DNA of 64,000 nucleotides, from positions 1 to 64,000 of IMG/VR virus record IMGVR_UViG_3300025121_000282; one strand, written 5' to 3'. Positions 10,445 to 19,832 of this stretch are shown here, one piece after another. The notes under the pieces are model-generated. The model had not been told where the DNA came from, did no database searches, and worked only from the letters and a program-made list of their open reading frames with translations. The translations under genes and the position numbers were made by a program. How positions within the stretch are numbered: position 1 is the first letter of the stretch; the number at the start of each line of letters is the position of its first letter.

Positions 10445-11608
10445 ATGATTACAATTAGGATCAAGAATTTTCAAGCCATAACTGAGGCCGTACTAGAAGT
10501 ATCTGGTTTTACGACATTAGTAGGAAGGTCTAATGTTGGGAAATCGTCTGTTATACGTGCCATACAGTCTTGCATCACCAACAAGCCTCCCGCTGGATAT
10601 GTGAGAAGAGGAACTACCTCGGCGCAGGTTCAAATCTCAGATGGCAATTTTACTTTTGGGTGGGAAAAAGGCAAATCTGTATCTAAGTATACCGTAAACC
10701 AAACTACGTATGAAAAAACAGGCAGAGACGTACCCGACGAAATAACCAATAACGGGTACAGACAACTAGAAGTAAACGGTCAAAACCTGGATGTGCAAAT
10801 AGGGGCACAATGGTCTCCGCTGTTTATATTGTCCAAATCAGGATTCCTGCTGGCTGATTTGGTGTCTGGCTTTACCGGCTTGGCAGTTCTGATAGACGCC
10901 ATTCAATTGGCAAATGCCGATTTATCTTCTTTTAATAAGGGTCTTAATCTTCTCAAGTCTAATTTAGAGTCTACAACTGGGAGACTCGTAGGCTTTGATG
11001 GCATAGACCCTTTCAGAGATATAGTTGTCGGGATCGAAGGCTTAGTGGAGACAGCCAACGCCAAAAGGTCTGCACTTTCACAACTTAAAGAATACAAAGA
11101 CAAGATTGATGTAGAAGCACTAGTTTGTATACACAACAAAAGTATAAAACTGGTGAACATACCCGATGTAAACATAAGCACAGACCACATAAACATCCTT
11201 GTGGACTTGCACAACAAGTACCACTTGTACCACCGTCTGAGTAACTTTTGTGTTTTAGACTTACCCGAGGTGGACCTTGATGAGTTGTTACAGAAGCAAA
11301 ACGACAGAGACACACTAATTAAGGTAAACAAAGAGTTTGTCAGTCTTTGTTATGTTTCGGATCTGTCCGCTCCCGAGGTACCACATGTGCCAGACGACTT
11401 GTTTGACAAGTCCACCAAACTAGACGGTCTGCGTGTGGTGAATGGCCAATTAAGCTCTTTGGTAACTACAATAAACAGTCTTACTGCTGAACTAAAAGTC
11501 ATAGACAACCAAATAGCCGACACGGATGTCGAATTAGACACACTGTTGGCCTCCATGTCTATGTGCGACGTGTGTGGAACAATAATACATGATCACGCTA
11601 GTAACTAG
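10445..11608 (+). CDS. sbcC: SbcC/Rad50 N-terminal half (Walker A head, coiled coil, terminal zinc hook)
   Basis: 'IRIKNFQA', Walker A GRSNVGKS, Q-loop-like 'QIGAQWSP', coiled coil, ending CDVCG close to the stop. No signature or Walker B motif. Confidence 0.85.
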   Translation: MITIRIKNFQAITEAVLEVSGFTTLVGRSNVGKSSVIRAIQSCITNKPPAGYVRRGTTSAQVQISDGNFTFGWEKGKSVSKYTVNQTTYEKTGRDVPDEITNNGYRQLEVNGQNLDVQIGAQWSPLFILSKSGFLLADLVSGFTGLAVLIDAIQLANADLSSFNKGLNLLKSNLESTTGRLVGFDGIDPFRDIVVGIEGLVETANAKRSALSQLKEYKDKIDVEALVCIHNKSIKLVNIPDVNISTDHINILVDLHNKYHLYHRLSNFCVLDLPEVDLDELLQKQNDRDTLIKVNKEFVSLCYVSDLSAPEVPHVPDDLFDKSTKLDGLRVVNGQLSSLVTTINSLTAELKVIDNQIADTDVELDTLLASMSMCDVCGTIIHDHASN

Positions 11609-12569
11609 AAGCGACGTCCATTTGTCAGATGTTAGTCCTAAATCCAGGACTGACGACTACAAAGAGGCTATGTTTAATAAGCTCACCACAATATTCAAAA
11701 TGGCCGCCTCATTGGAAGCAGATGCCATCTTAGACGCTGGTGATTTGTTTCACGTCCCAGCTGCGTCTAGAAACACTCATGCTCTGGTGAAAAGAGCCAT
11801 AGAAGTGCACAGAGAGTGGGACATACCCACCTATGTACTGCCTGGAAATCACGACCTGCAGATGGGGTCTTACGATTCCCTAAATAAGCAACCGTTAGGT
11901 GTGATGTTTGCGTCTAAGACTGTATTGCCTCTGTGGGGGGATAACGAATTTGTTTTAATAAAAGATGGTATAAAAGTGCGGGTGGTGGGTGTACCATATA
12001 GTCCAAAACCATCTTTGGCTGACTTCAATATAAAGAAAAAGGACGAAGACATACTCATTTGTGTTACGCACGCCATGGTTGCAAAAGATGGAACTTTTGC
12101 ATGGAAGGGTGAGTACGAAACCGAGCCAATTATGTCGTGGGACCAATTATCCGAATTTGAACCTGACGTATTTTTTGGTGGTCACTGGCACAGAGACCAG
12201 GGGGCCGCGTTGCACAATAACAAGTGGTTTGTCTATCTTGGGTCTATAGCCAGAGGGTCATTATCTCATGACAACATTGGCAGAACGCCCCGCATCGGTG
12301 TTATAACTATCGACAGAATTGGTGGCTGTGTTAATGCCAATGTTAAAACACACACACTGCCTGTGCCACCCTCAGACTCTGTTTTCAACATGGAACAACA
12401 TGCTGAGACTGTAAATATTAGGTCTAGGATAGCAGACTTTGTCACCAAACTTACTTCTGAGTCATTCATCCAGAGTACTTCTCCTGTTGATGCCATAAAA
12501 AATAGAAAAGACTTGTCTCCTGAGATTATAGACTTAGTAGTAAAATACCTAACTAACGCTGCAAAGTAA
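11589..12569 (+). CDS. sbcD: SbcD/Mre11-like metallophosphoesterase nuclease
   Basis: Phosphoesterase motifs SDVH, AGDLFH, PGNHD, VTHA, GHWH and 'LGSIAR'. Confidence 0.92.
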   Translation: MITLVTRSDVHLSDVSPKSRTDDYKEAMFNKLTTIFKMAASLEADAILDAGDLFHVPAASRNTHALVKRAIEVHREWDIPTYVLPGNHDLQMGSYDSLNKQPLGVMFASKTVLPLWGDNEFVLIKDGIKVRVVGVPYSPKPSLADFNIKKKDEDILICVTHAMVAKDGTFAWKGEYETEPIMSWDQLSEFEPDVFFGGHWHRDQGAALHNNKWFVYLGSIARGSLSHDNIGRTPRIGVITIDRIGGCVNANVKTHTLPVPPSDSVFNMEQHAETVNIRSRIADFVTKLTSESFIQSTSPVDAIKNRKDLSPEIIDLVVKYLTNAAK

Positions 12570-12570
12570 A

Positions 12571-13398
12571 ATGTCCAGATACCTAAGCTACACAGGCATG
12601 TCTGTTTATAATGACTGCCCACTTAGATACAAGTGGCAGTACATTGACCAAAAAAAACCTGAGGACCCTGAAAATAAAGCTGGTACGGTGTATGGGTCGG
12701 TAATGGGTAGGATGCTCGAAAGATTTTATAATCAGGAAATGTGGAGAAACACCAGCACTGTTGTTCAAACATTATTGAATTTTGTAGACAAAGACGTAGC
12801 TCAGGTTGAATTTAAAAATAAAGACATAGACTACCCGAAAGCTAAACTAGACAGAAACCAAGTAATAGCTGATATAAACTCTCACATACCAGAAATGGTA
12901 AGGACAATCCAACGCAACTCTCTTTTAGGTATGTATGCTAAGTCAGAAGTTAAGATGAGCATTACTTCTGAAATAGATGGATGTGGGGAGTGGGAGATAA
13001 CCGGTAAAGCGGACCTGATATACACGCAGAAGGGAAAAACCTTCATCTTAGATGGTAAAGGATCTCCTAAAAGAGAAAAATATACGGACCCGGACCAACT
13101 ATTGTCGTATGCCTTGTTATACTGTAACCTACACGGGGTACCGCCAGATGGACTGGGTTGGGTATTTTTTAGATTTACTGGTGACGATTCTTTGTTGTGG
13201 CTGGACTTTACCATGGACAGTATCTTGCTGTTTAAGTCCAGGCTGTACAATACCATTAGGTCCATACATTCTGGTAAATTCGACCCCACCCCCTCAGTAA
13301 ATACGTGTAGAATGTGCCAGTACACAGACTGCAGTGCACGACTCTGTGCTAAAAAAGTTGTTAATACCTTCTCGTCAAGTGGAGCGATAGACTTATAA
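12571..13398 (+). CDS. PD-(D/E)xK nuclease (RecB/AddB/Cas4-like) with probable Fe-S cysteines
   Basis: 'YNDCPLRY', 'GKADL', 'ILDGK', 'QLLSY' and C-terminal 'CRMCQYTDC' (1+3 Cys arrangement). Confidence 0.85.
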   Translation: MSRYLSYTGMSVYNDCPLRYKWQYIDQKKPEDPENKAGTVYGSVMGRMLERFYNQEMWRNTSTVVQTLLNFVDKDVAQVEFKNKDIDYPKAKLDRNQVIADINSHIPEMVRTIQRNSLLGMYAKSEVKMSITSEIDGCGEWEITGKADLIYTQKGKTFILDGKGSPKREKYTDPDQLLSYALLYCNLHGVPPDGLGWVFFRFTGDDSLLWLDFTMDSILLFKSRLYNTIRSIHSGKFDPTPSVNTCRMCQYTDCSARLCAKKVVNTFSSSGAIDL

Positions 13399-13682
13399 TG
13401 TCAGAATTAACCGACAGGATACTCAAGCTGCGTGGCCAGAGTAAAACCCTTACCACTAGAAGAGCCACTCTAGTTGGACAGATTGATGCTAGCAAAGACC
13501 GGTTAAGACAGATTATAGACGAGATTAAGGCCAAGGGCTACGAGCCGACAACGCTGGGGGATACTATTAAATTAGAAGAGAGCCAGTTGTCTGTGCAGCT
13601 AGCCACCATTGAGAGTGAGTTGCAAAATGCAAACAGAGAACTCACTCGGATTGAAGAGGCCATAAGTGCAAATCGTCGTTAA
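13398..13682 (+). CDS. small coiled-coil protein
   Basis: 94 aa with a continuous heptad pattern and a central turn (KGYEP); translationally coupled on both sides. Confidence 0.75.
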   Translation: MSELTDRILKLRGQSKTLTTRRATLVGQIDASKDRLRQIIDEIKAKGYEPTTLGDTIKLEESQLSVQLATIESELQNANRELTRIEEAISANRR

Positions 13683-14841
13683 AGCTGCAGATTTATCCAA
13701 CACTCTAGACTTGGCTTCCTTGGTTCAGGAGGACAAGGATGACGCCCCGCTGTACAACTCAGTGGTATTTAAGTACCACAATCCCACTGAGGTACTTGCG
13801 CATGCTGCTATGAAAACCATGGACCGCTTTGGCATATTTGTATTACCCCTTCAAGTAGTCTCCCCCTCCTTTGACCCTGTAGCTATATCCATAGAATCTC
13901 TGAAGAAGGCCATAGACACAACAGACGACGACGAATTTATAACCATTAGCACTGGTACCTCTGTTTCTCTTCAGTTTTTATCTAGTGATGTAAAGTTACC
14001 TATTGTAAATCCTAAGGGATTCCCCAAACTTATTGATGCCGTTCCTAACTCCAGAGTGGGTGACCTGCCTGTTTTAGTTCTAAGACAGGCTTTAGAGTTA
14101 TGTAAGTCATACATAGGCAAAGACCCGTCTAAGCCCAACGCAATGGTGGCCGAGACTAGGAGCAGAAAGGCAGACCCCCAGGTCCCTAACAGTGTTGATG
14201 ACCACGCCATGTTGGCTCTAGACATGGCATGCCAGTCTGTCTTTTCAGACCCTAGTCTGTCTTTTCCATTTAGAATAGAAGCTGCACACATTAGTAAGTG
14301 TATTTCTCTTTTGAAAAAATTGCCCCCCGACTACATGTTGGAAATACACAACAACTCCACATGTATAGGTATAAAATCCAAATTTGGCGTATTTGTGTTT
14401 AGACAGAGTCCAATAGGGTTTTATCCGAGTCTTGTAAGTTACCTAGCGTCCATGCCCAGCACTACAGACCCGGATGCTGACATTCTTCAGATAAACTCAC
14501 AAGATTTAATAAAGGCAATAAAAATTATCACAGTCCCGCTATCTGATACAGAAAACAGAATGTCTGTGTTTGTGGGCTCTGGAGATTCTAAAATTAAGCT
14601 TTCCACCACCACTTCAGGCGAAACCTCGTCTACTGTGGTGTCGTGTACAAGGCCCTCTAACTTGTCTAATGAATTGGTATTTGACATAAACTACTTATAC
14701 CTGAAACAGGCCATCTCTCAGTTGGGCACTCCGGATGTGTTTTTGGTTACTTACAGAGATAAAGTCAAGTCCAACTGGGTACAAGTTGTTGCTACCCTGG
14801 GGACTTCTTGCGGGTCTATAGTTTTTGCCAAGAAACGATGA
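13666..14841 (+). CDS. DNA polymerase sliding clamp (beta/DnaN-like)
   Basis: 391 aa (beta-clamp size). N-terminus 'MQIVVKAADLSNTL' and C-terminal 'FDINYLYLKQAI' resemble DnaN alpha/beta repeats, and clamp-loader genes are nearby. Confidence 0.6.
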   Translation: MQIVVKAADLSNTLDLASLVQEDKDDAPLYNSVVFKYHNPTEVLAHAAMKTMDRFGIFVLPLQVVSPSFDPVAISIESLKKAIDTTDDDEFITISTGTSVSLQFLSSDVKLPIVNPKGFPKLIDAVPNSRVGDLPVLVLRQALELCKSYIGKDPSKPNAMVAETRSRKADPQVPNSVDDHAMLALDMACQSVFSDPSLSFPFRIEAAHISKCISLLKKLPPDYMLEIHNNSTCIGIKSKFGVFVFRQSPIGFYPSLVSYLASMPSTTDPDADILQINSQDLIKAIKIITVPLSDTENRMSVFVGSGDSKIKLSTTTSGETSSTVVSCTRPSNLSNELVFDINYLYLKQAISQLGTPDVFLVTYRDKVKSNWVQVVATLGTSCGSIVFAKKR

Positions 14842-15479
14842 ACATGGACTTTCTAGACATAAAAAACCGTGCGAACAGGGCTCTTTCTATCTACGATGAT
14901 CTCATTGCAGAAAAAGCAAGTATAGAAGCAAGTATACGCAAAGACACACACGAAGTAGAAAAAACTCGTCAGGCCATACTTATACTTCAAGAGTTGTATG
15001 ACCAACTTATTACTACTTGTGTTAAATCCATAGCTGACACAGTCACCGTGGGGCTGCAAGCAATATTTCATGACCAAAATTTGGTGTGTGTCCCAATTGT
15101 AGAAAAGCAACAAAGTAGAGTACAAGTAGAATTTAGAGTAAAAGAAGTATGTGTCGATGGGGAAACAGAAGGAGACATACTCACTTCTTTTGGTGGTGGT
15201 GTTGCTGCCATAGTTGACATGGTGTTACGTCTATATGCTTTAATTAAGTCCCCCTCACTAAAAAAGTTTTTGGCTCTAGACGAATCTTTGGGGGCTGTTT
15301 CGGATGAGTACATCCCCGCTACTGTTCAATTTATAAAAGAGTTTTGTAAAACGTCATCTGTGGATGTGTTATTAGTTACACACAAGCCAGCATTTTCTGA
15401 AAATGCCGATTTGAATTTCCAAGTTCAAAAAGACTCTTCTGGGTATAAGATAATAAAAACAGCAGAGTTTAGAACATGA
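14808..15479 (+). CDS. sbcC: SbcC/Rad50 C-terminal half (signature, Walker B, H-loop)
   Basis: Short coiled coil, then signature 'SFGGG', Walker B/D-loop 'FLALDESLGAVS' and H-loop 'LLVTH'. No Walker A. Confidence 0.85.
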   Translation: MRVYSFCQETMNMDFLDIKNRANRALSIYDDLIAEKASIEASIRKDTHEVEKTRQAILILQELYDQLITTCVKSIADTVTVGLQAIFHDQNLVCVPIVEKQQSRVQVEFRVKEVCVDGETEGDILTSFGGGVAAIVDMVLRLYALIKSPSLKKFLALDESLGAVSDEYIPATVQFIKEFCKTSSVDVLLVTHKPAFSENADLNFQVQKDSSGYKIIKTAEFRT

Positions 15480-15886
15480 CTGAAGACATACGCAACCAAC
15501 TTGATAAAGTAATAAAACTGCACAGAGAAATATACATTAACTCTAGAACAGAACGTGCCCCACAAAATTGTGCATATAACGCAGAGGCCACAGTGGGTAT
15601 GAATGGTTTCTGCGTAAAGACTCATGTTTGCTCGCTGCAAAACGCTCCAATCCAGGTATTGTGCGATGACCTGAATACAGCAATAAAATGCCCCTCTTTT
15701 ACTAAATACAAAACAACTGGGGATCTTAATGCAGAATACGAAGCCATACTGTCGGACCCAGACCAATTGTCTATACACTACCCAGAAATTAGAGCACTGA
15801 AATGGGTACTGTCAAAAATGGACCAAGAACCACAAGAACAGCACCACCGATTTTCTTGGAAACGGCTCTTAGGTCTTATACCGTAA
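15476..15886 (+). CDS. hypothetical Cys-containing protein
   Basis: 136-aa ORF with an ATGA overlap to the upstream gene; five Cys. Confidence 0.65.
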   Translation: MTEDIRNQLDKVIKLHREIYINSRTERAPQNCAYNAEATVGMNGFCVKTHVCSLQNAPIQVLCDDLNTAIKCPSFTKYKTTGDLNAEYEAILSDPDQLSIHYPEIRALKWVLSKMDQEPQEQHHRFSWKRLLGLIP

Positions 15887-16353
15887 AAGGACCATCTGAG
15901 TCTACCCTAGCCTTTGAACTGCCAACTAATGCTTTCTTTAATGTAGAAGATAAGTATATTATTAGTGGAGTCAACAAAACAGCGATTGCAAGACATAATA
16001 CCCATGAAAGTGTGATACGTCTCGGCTTGCATAAGGCAAAAACCATAACAGAATACTACGATGCCATTGCTCCACTACTTGGCACAAATGTGATAAAACT
16101 TGATACTGACACAGAACTCACAATCAGGGATCAGTATCTTGACCGTGAAATCCACGACGCAGTTGTTTTTACGGGGAATGAGTCATTTGCTGGTCTTGAG
16201 AGTACTAAAGACATACTAAACTTATCTGTTGTATATTATCCTGACTTAGGACCATTTGGTTTGTTGATACCAAAGGCAGGCCTTCTTATTCGGTCTGGTG
16301 ACTTAGTTGGATTTGTTTTGCCTGAGCCGAGTTTGGTGTATGCATTCATTTGA
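15802..16353 (+). CDS. hypothetical protein (start uncertain, possibly TTG at 15856)
   Basis: Fills the gap before the primase; the listed start overlaps the upstream gene by 85 nt. Confidence 0.55.
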   Translation: MGTVKNGPRTTRTAPPIFLETALRSYTVKGPSESTLAFELPTNAFFNVEDKYIISGVNKTAIARHNTHESVIRLGLHKAKTITEYYDAIAPLLGTNVIKLDTDTELTIRDQYLDREIHDAVVFTGNESFAGLESTKDILNLSVVYYPDLGPFGLLIPKAGLLIRSGDLVGFVLPEPSLVYAFI

Positions 16354-17044
16354 TACAGACTTTTTGAGTGACATAGTAAAGTTTGCACACTCAAATGTTG
16401 ATTTAGCCTACGACTACTTGTCTAAACGTGGGGTTTCTGAAGATCAAATTGATGAGTTTGACTTAGGCTTTGTCCCTAATATAAATTTTGACCTTGTTGG
16501 AGCCGGTCCGGACTTTGACCGGTTTTTAAAATTTACCCTGGGGCTAAAAAGACTATGTGGCACCGTTGTTATTCCAATCACCGATTTTGCTGGGTCCATT
16601 GTTGGAATACACACCCGGTCTATAACCGCTAAAGAATACTCCATATTTGTAACCAGTAGGGGCAAGTGGAGTCCATTCTTCATAGGTGCTAAACAGGCTG
16701 TTGAGCATATATGGGCCAAAAATAAAGCTAACATTGTAGAAGGCCCATTTGACTTTTTTCCCATACAAAGACATGCCAAAAATACCCTATGTTCTTTGGG
16801 GGCACAGGTAGCTGATACCCAGGTTGAGGGACTTGCTAGAGTATGTTCAGAAGTTCATTGTGTATTTGACGCTGACGAGGGGGGCACTAGTGGGTATTCA
16901 GAACTTGAGCCTCGTGCCACAAAGAGGGGCCTTTATTGCTACAATGATAGCATTGTAGGGGTTCCTGGGTGTAAAGACCCCGGAGCGGTTTGGGAATACG
17001 GTGGCGACTATCTGATCAAAAAGAAGATAGCACACCTGCTGTAA
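16307..17044 (+). CDS. dnaG: DnaG-type primase catalytic core (Toprim) lacking the zinc-binding domain
   Basis: 'YDYLSKRGVS', 'VIPITDFAGSIVGIHTR', Toprim 'IVEGPFD', DxD 'FDADEGG' and 'CKDPG'. No CHC2 finger. Confidence 0.85.
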   Translation: MDLFCLSRVWCMHSFDTDFLSDIVKFAHSNVDLAYDYLSKRGVSEDQIDEFDLGFVPNINFDLVGAGPDFDRFLKFTLGLKRLCGTVVIPITDFAGSIVGIHTRSITAKEYSIFVTSRGKWSPFFIGAKQAVEHIWAKNKANIVEGPFDFFPIQRHAKNTLCSLGAQVADTQVEGLARVCSEVHCVFDADEGGTSGYSELEPRATKRGLYCYNDSIVGVPGCKDPGAVWEYGGDYLIKKKIAHLL

Positions 17045-17070
17045 CGTGTTTGGTAACATGAGGTACTACT

Positions 17071-18324
17071 TTGAGAGATTGGGCAACTAGATATAGGCCA
17101 AAACTTTTTAATGAGGTTTTGGGTCAGCAGCACATTATTAAAATACTAAAGGGTATCAAGTCTAATAATAGTCAATACTCCTCATCATACATATTCTCTG
17201 GGCCATTTGGTACTGGTAAAACCACCCTAGCTAGAGTGTGGGCTAAGGTAATGTCATGTGAAAGTGTCTCTTCCGACATGGAGCCATGCAATTTGTGTGA
17301 CTCGTGTGTTGGTATAGACACTGACACTTCCATCCATTACACTGAAATTGACGGTGCTAACGAGTCTTCCAAGGAAGACATGCAGAGAATTATCGAGTCC
17401 ACCCAGTACCTGCACTCTGGCCCTAAAAAGATTTACACTGTTGACGAGGCCCACCGCTTATCCTTAGCTGCCAAGTCAGCCTTGCTGAAATCAGTAGAAG
17501 AGGATGACATAACTGGGGAAAAGCGGCTTTTGTGCATGTACTGCACTACGCATGTGAAATCCATGCCCGATGCGCTTAGGTCCAGGTGTTTAGAGTTTAA
17601 AGTACTGAAACCAAACGAAGAAGACATAATAAACAGACTACAAAGTATTTGTAATGAAAATGAGGTGCAGTTTACCCCCGCTGCCTTAAGTGTGATATGT
17701 AAAACCAAAAATAACCATCCCAGGTCTTGCTTTAACACTGCTTATGCCTTATCTTTAGCCGGGCCAATCACTGAGGACAACGTTAGACAATACCTCAGAG
17801 TTTACAGTATAAACATTGTGGACTCTATTTTGAACATGGATTTAAATGGTGTGTTGGAGTTTGTAGATTCCAATTTGGAATCAGTAAGCGCAGAATCCAT
17901 TTATCAGTCTTGGATGAACGAGATTAGTGGTGCCATAAGAAGTGGTGCCATTACCAAGGGTGTTGTTGAGACCTATGACTTAATCACTAAAAGAACATCA
18001 TTTACAGAGCACTCTCTCATTTGTGATGTGGTTAGGTCACATTTTTTAGTACACAGTGCAGAACAAGTTGTTGTAAACACAACACAACAGACCCTTCCAA
18101 GTGTGCCTGTTCCACTTGTCAGTATAGGTGCTGTTGGACAGCGCCGTAAGTTGCAAGAGGGTCCGCTGGCCCACTTGTTGCCTAATAAGACTACCAGGAC
18201 AGTGCAAGAAGACAAGCCCAGCTTGACTTTGCCTGTACTCTCTGGTTTAAATTTACCAGACAAAGATCGACCTATGCCAATATCTGAATTTAAAACATTT
18301 TATACCAGAATTGTCGGAGAATAA
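17071..18324 (+). CDS. dnaX: DNA polymerase III gamma/tau clamp-loader ATPase
   Basis: 'RYRPKLFNEVLGQ', Walker A GPFGTGKTT, Zn module C..PCNLCDSC, 'DEAH' and SRC motif. Confidence 0.93.
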   Translation: MRDWATRYRPKLFNEVLGQQHIIKILKGIKSNNSQYSSSYIFSGPFGTGKTTLARVWAKVMSCESVSSDMEPCNLCDSCVGIDTDTSIHYTEIDGANESSKEDMQRIIESTQYLHSGPKKIYTVDEAHRLSLAAKSALLKSVEEDDITGEKRLLCMYCTTHVKSMPDALRSRCLEFKVLKPNEEDIINRLQSICNENEVQFTPAALSVICKTKNNHPRSCFNTAYALSLAGPITEDNVRQYLRVYSINIVDSILNMDLNGVLEFVDSNLESVSAESIYQSWMNEISGAIRSGAITKGVVETYDLITKRTSFTEHSLICDVVRSHFLVHSAEQVVVNTTQQTLPSVPVPLVSIGAVGQRRKLQEGPLAHLLPNKTTRTVQEDKPSLTLPVLSGLNLPDKDRPMPISEFKTFYTRIVGE

Positions 18325-18327
18325 CAC

Positions 18328-18831
18328 ATGGGGTGGCTGTCTGTAGAATTGTCCTCGTCTTCTGCAGGCATGCGTTTGTCGGACATAAAGTATGCACTAT
18401 CAAAATCTTGTCCAAACAGCGAAATATTCGTCCCTATAACTGAAGAAGTAGACGTAAATGGTCAAGTAATAACAACAGTATTGTGTGAGGGGTATGCCTT
18501 TATAAAACACGTTCCGGATTTTGCTTTGTACAAGTTACAGAGGTGTAGTATAGTAATATCTGTTTTGTCTGAACTTAAAAGAGGCCAATTAGTACCGGCT
18601 ATCATATCTGACGACAAAATTGACAGGATGCGTCGCCAACTGGCTGACATCATCGGAAATAAAATATCAGACAACAGTAAAGTGCAAATACTATCAGGTC
18701 TTTACTCTGGCCTGAGCGGAGATGTGGTAGTTATAATTGATAACGAAGCCATAATCAAAATACGGGAAGTTAAATCTAAAACAATCCTTGCTACGGTCCC
18801 ACTGGGTGGCATTAAACTTGTAGAAGGGTAG
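18328..18831 (+). CDS. nusG: NusG-family transcription elongation factor
   Basis: NGN-like 'IFVP...EGYAFIK' and C-terminal KOW 'VQILSGLYSGLSGDVV'. Confidence 0.8.
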   Translation: MGWLSVELSSSSAGMRLSDIKYALSKSCPNSEIFVPITEEVDVNGQVITTVLCEGYAFIKHVPDFALYKLQRCSIVISVLSELKRGQLVPAIISDDKIDRMRRQLADIIGNKISDNSKVQILSGLYSGLSGDVVVIIDNEAIIKIREVKSKTILATVPLGGIKLVEG

Positions 18832-18848
18832 CTATTTGTTGTAAATTT

Positions 18849-19526
18849 ATGTGTGCATTTAAATTTGTAGGACTAAAAATGTCGTATCTGCAGTCATTCG
18901 ACCCCCATAACATAGAAACCCGAATCTCTTCAGAAAAGTCTTTGTGGTACCATATAGACTTTAGAGGTCCGGTGGACGAGGGTCAAAAAGACCGTATTTT
19001 ATCTTTATTAAGTAGGATACCACCAATAGAAGCCGATTATATACATCTCTACTTTATGTGTGGTAAGCGGCAGGACGACATCGCAGCCATTTTTCAACGT
19101 ACGCAAGCGGATGTGTCATACAGACTTTCTAAAGGTGTAAAAAGACTAAAATTTCTGCTTACTTTACCTGATGCTGTGGACGAAGACCTGATTCGTTTAA
19201 AGTTGAGCCCAATATTATGCAATGGTAGAGATAAAGACAGGATTTGCCATAATGGTGTTATGGTGGACCTGGACTTAGAAATTTTAGTTGGTATGTACAA
19301 AACTACATGTCAATCTTTTGTTGCTAGAACTCATGAAATAACTCAGGGCAAAGTTAGACACAGATTTTTTAGGTCTATGGAAAGGATTAGGTGTAGTGCC
19401 CAACATGAAGTAGACCCGGATGTGAGGCGGATTTTAGAGACCTTCGAAAAAATGTCTAGGCACGTAAATATACTTAGAGACATAAGTTATCCACAGTTTT
19501 TTGTACCTGATTGCATCTTATTTTAA
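18849..19526 (+). CDS. protein with two sigma70 region-4-like HTH motifs (probable start ATG 18879)
   Basis: 'LSRIPPIEADYIHLYFMCGKRQDDIAAIFQRTQADVSYRLSKG' and a second HTH 'TCQSFVARTHEITQGKVRHRFFR'. No recognisable region 2. Confidence 0.65.
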   Translation: MCAFKFVGLKMSYLQSFDPHNIETRISSEKSLWYHIDFRGPVDEGQKDRILSLLSRIPPIEADYIHLYFMCGKRQDDIAAIFQRTQADVSYRLSKGVKRLKFLLTLPDAVDEDLIRLKLSPILCNGRDKDRICHNGVMVDLDLEILVGMYKTTCQSFVARTHEITQGKVRHRFFRSMERIRCSAQHEVDPDVRRILETFEKMSRHVNILRDISYPQFFVPDCILF

Positions 19527-19577
19527 TCGTTAGATTCTCGATAAGCACAAGTTGATAACAATTGATCAGGATATACT

Positions 19578-19832
19578 ATGTCACGTAGAGTCCTTATGGC
19601 AAAGTCTGTTGCAGACTCTTTTGTGCAGAGTTTGCAGGCCGAGCACGAAACTACATTTCCGCACCCTACAAATACGGTTATCAGTGTATTAGACAGTAAC
19701 ACCAGCACATTCATTGCTAGGTGTGGTGGGGGGATTACCGTGTCCTCCTATGGAGAAAACTCCACGTCTGTGACCACACGATCGGCTGATTTGCATAAAT
19801 TGGTGAACGCCGTACTTAAGGCACTAAAATGA
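19578..19832 (+). CDS. hypothetical protein
   Basis: 84-aa ORF coupled to the next gene. Confidence 0.6.
   Translation: MSRRVLMAKSVADSFVQSLQAEHETTFPHPTNTVISVLDSNTSTFIARCGGGITVSSYGENSTSVTTRSADLHKLVNAVLKALK

Noticed and set aside
12571-13398. Cas4 / CRISPR system
   Set aside because: No repeat-spacer array or other cas genes are visible, and the recombination context explains the nuclease.
11606-14808. Intron or read-through joining the two SbcC halves
   Set aside because: The intervening 3.2 kb is filled with four intact coupled genes and I saw no group I/II intron hallmarks; RT-PCR would be the definitive test.
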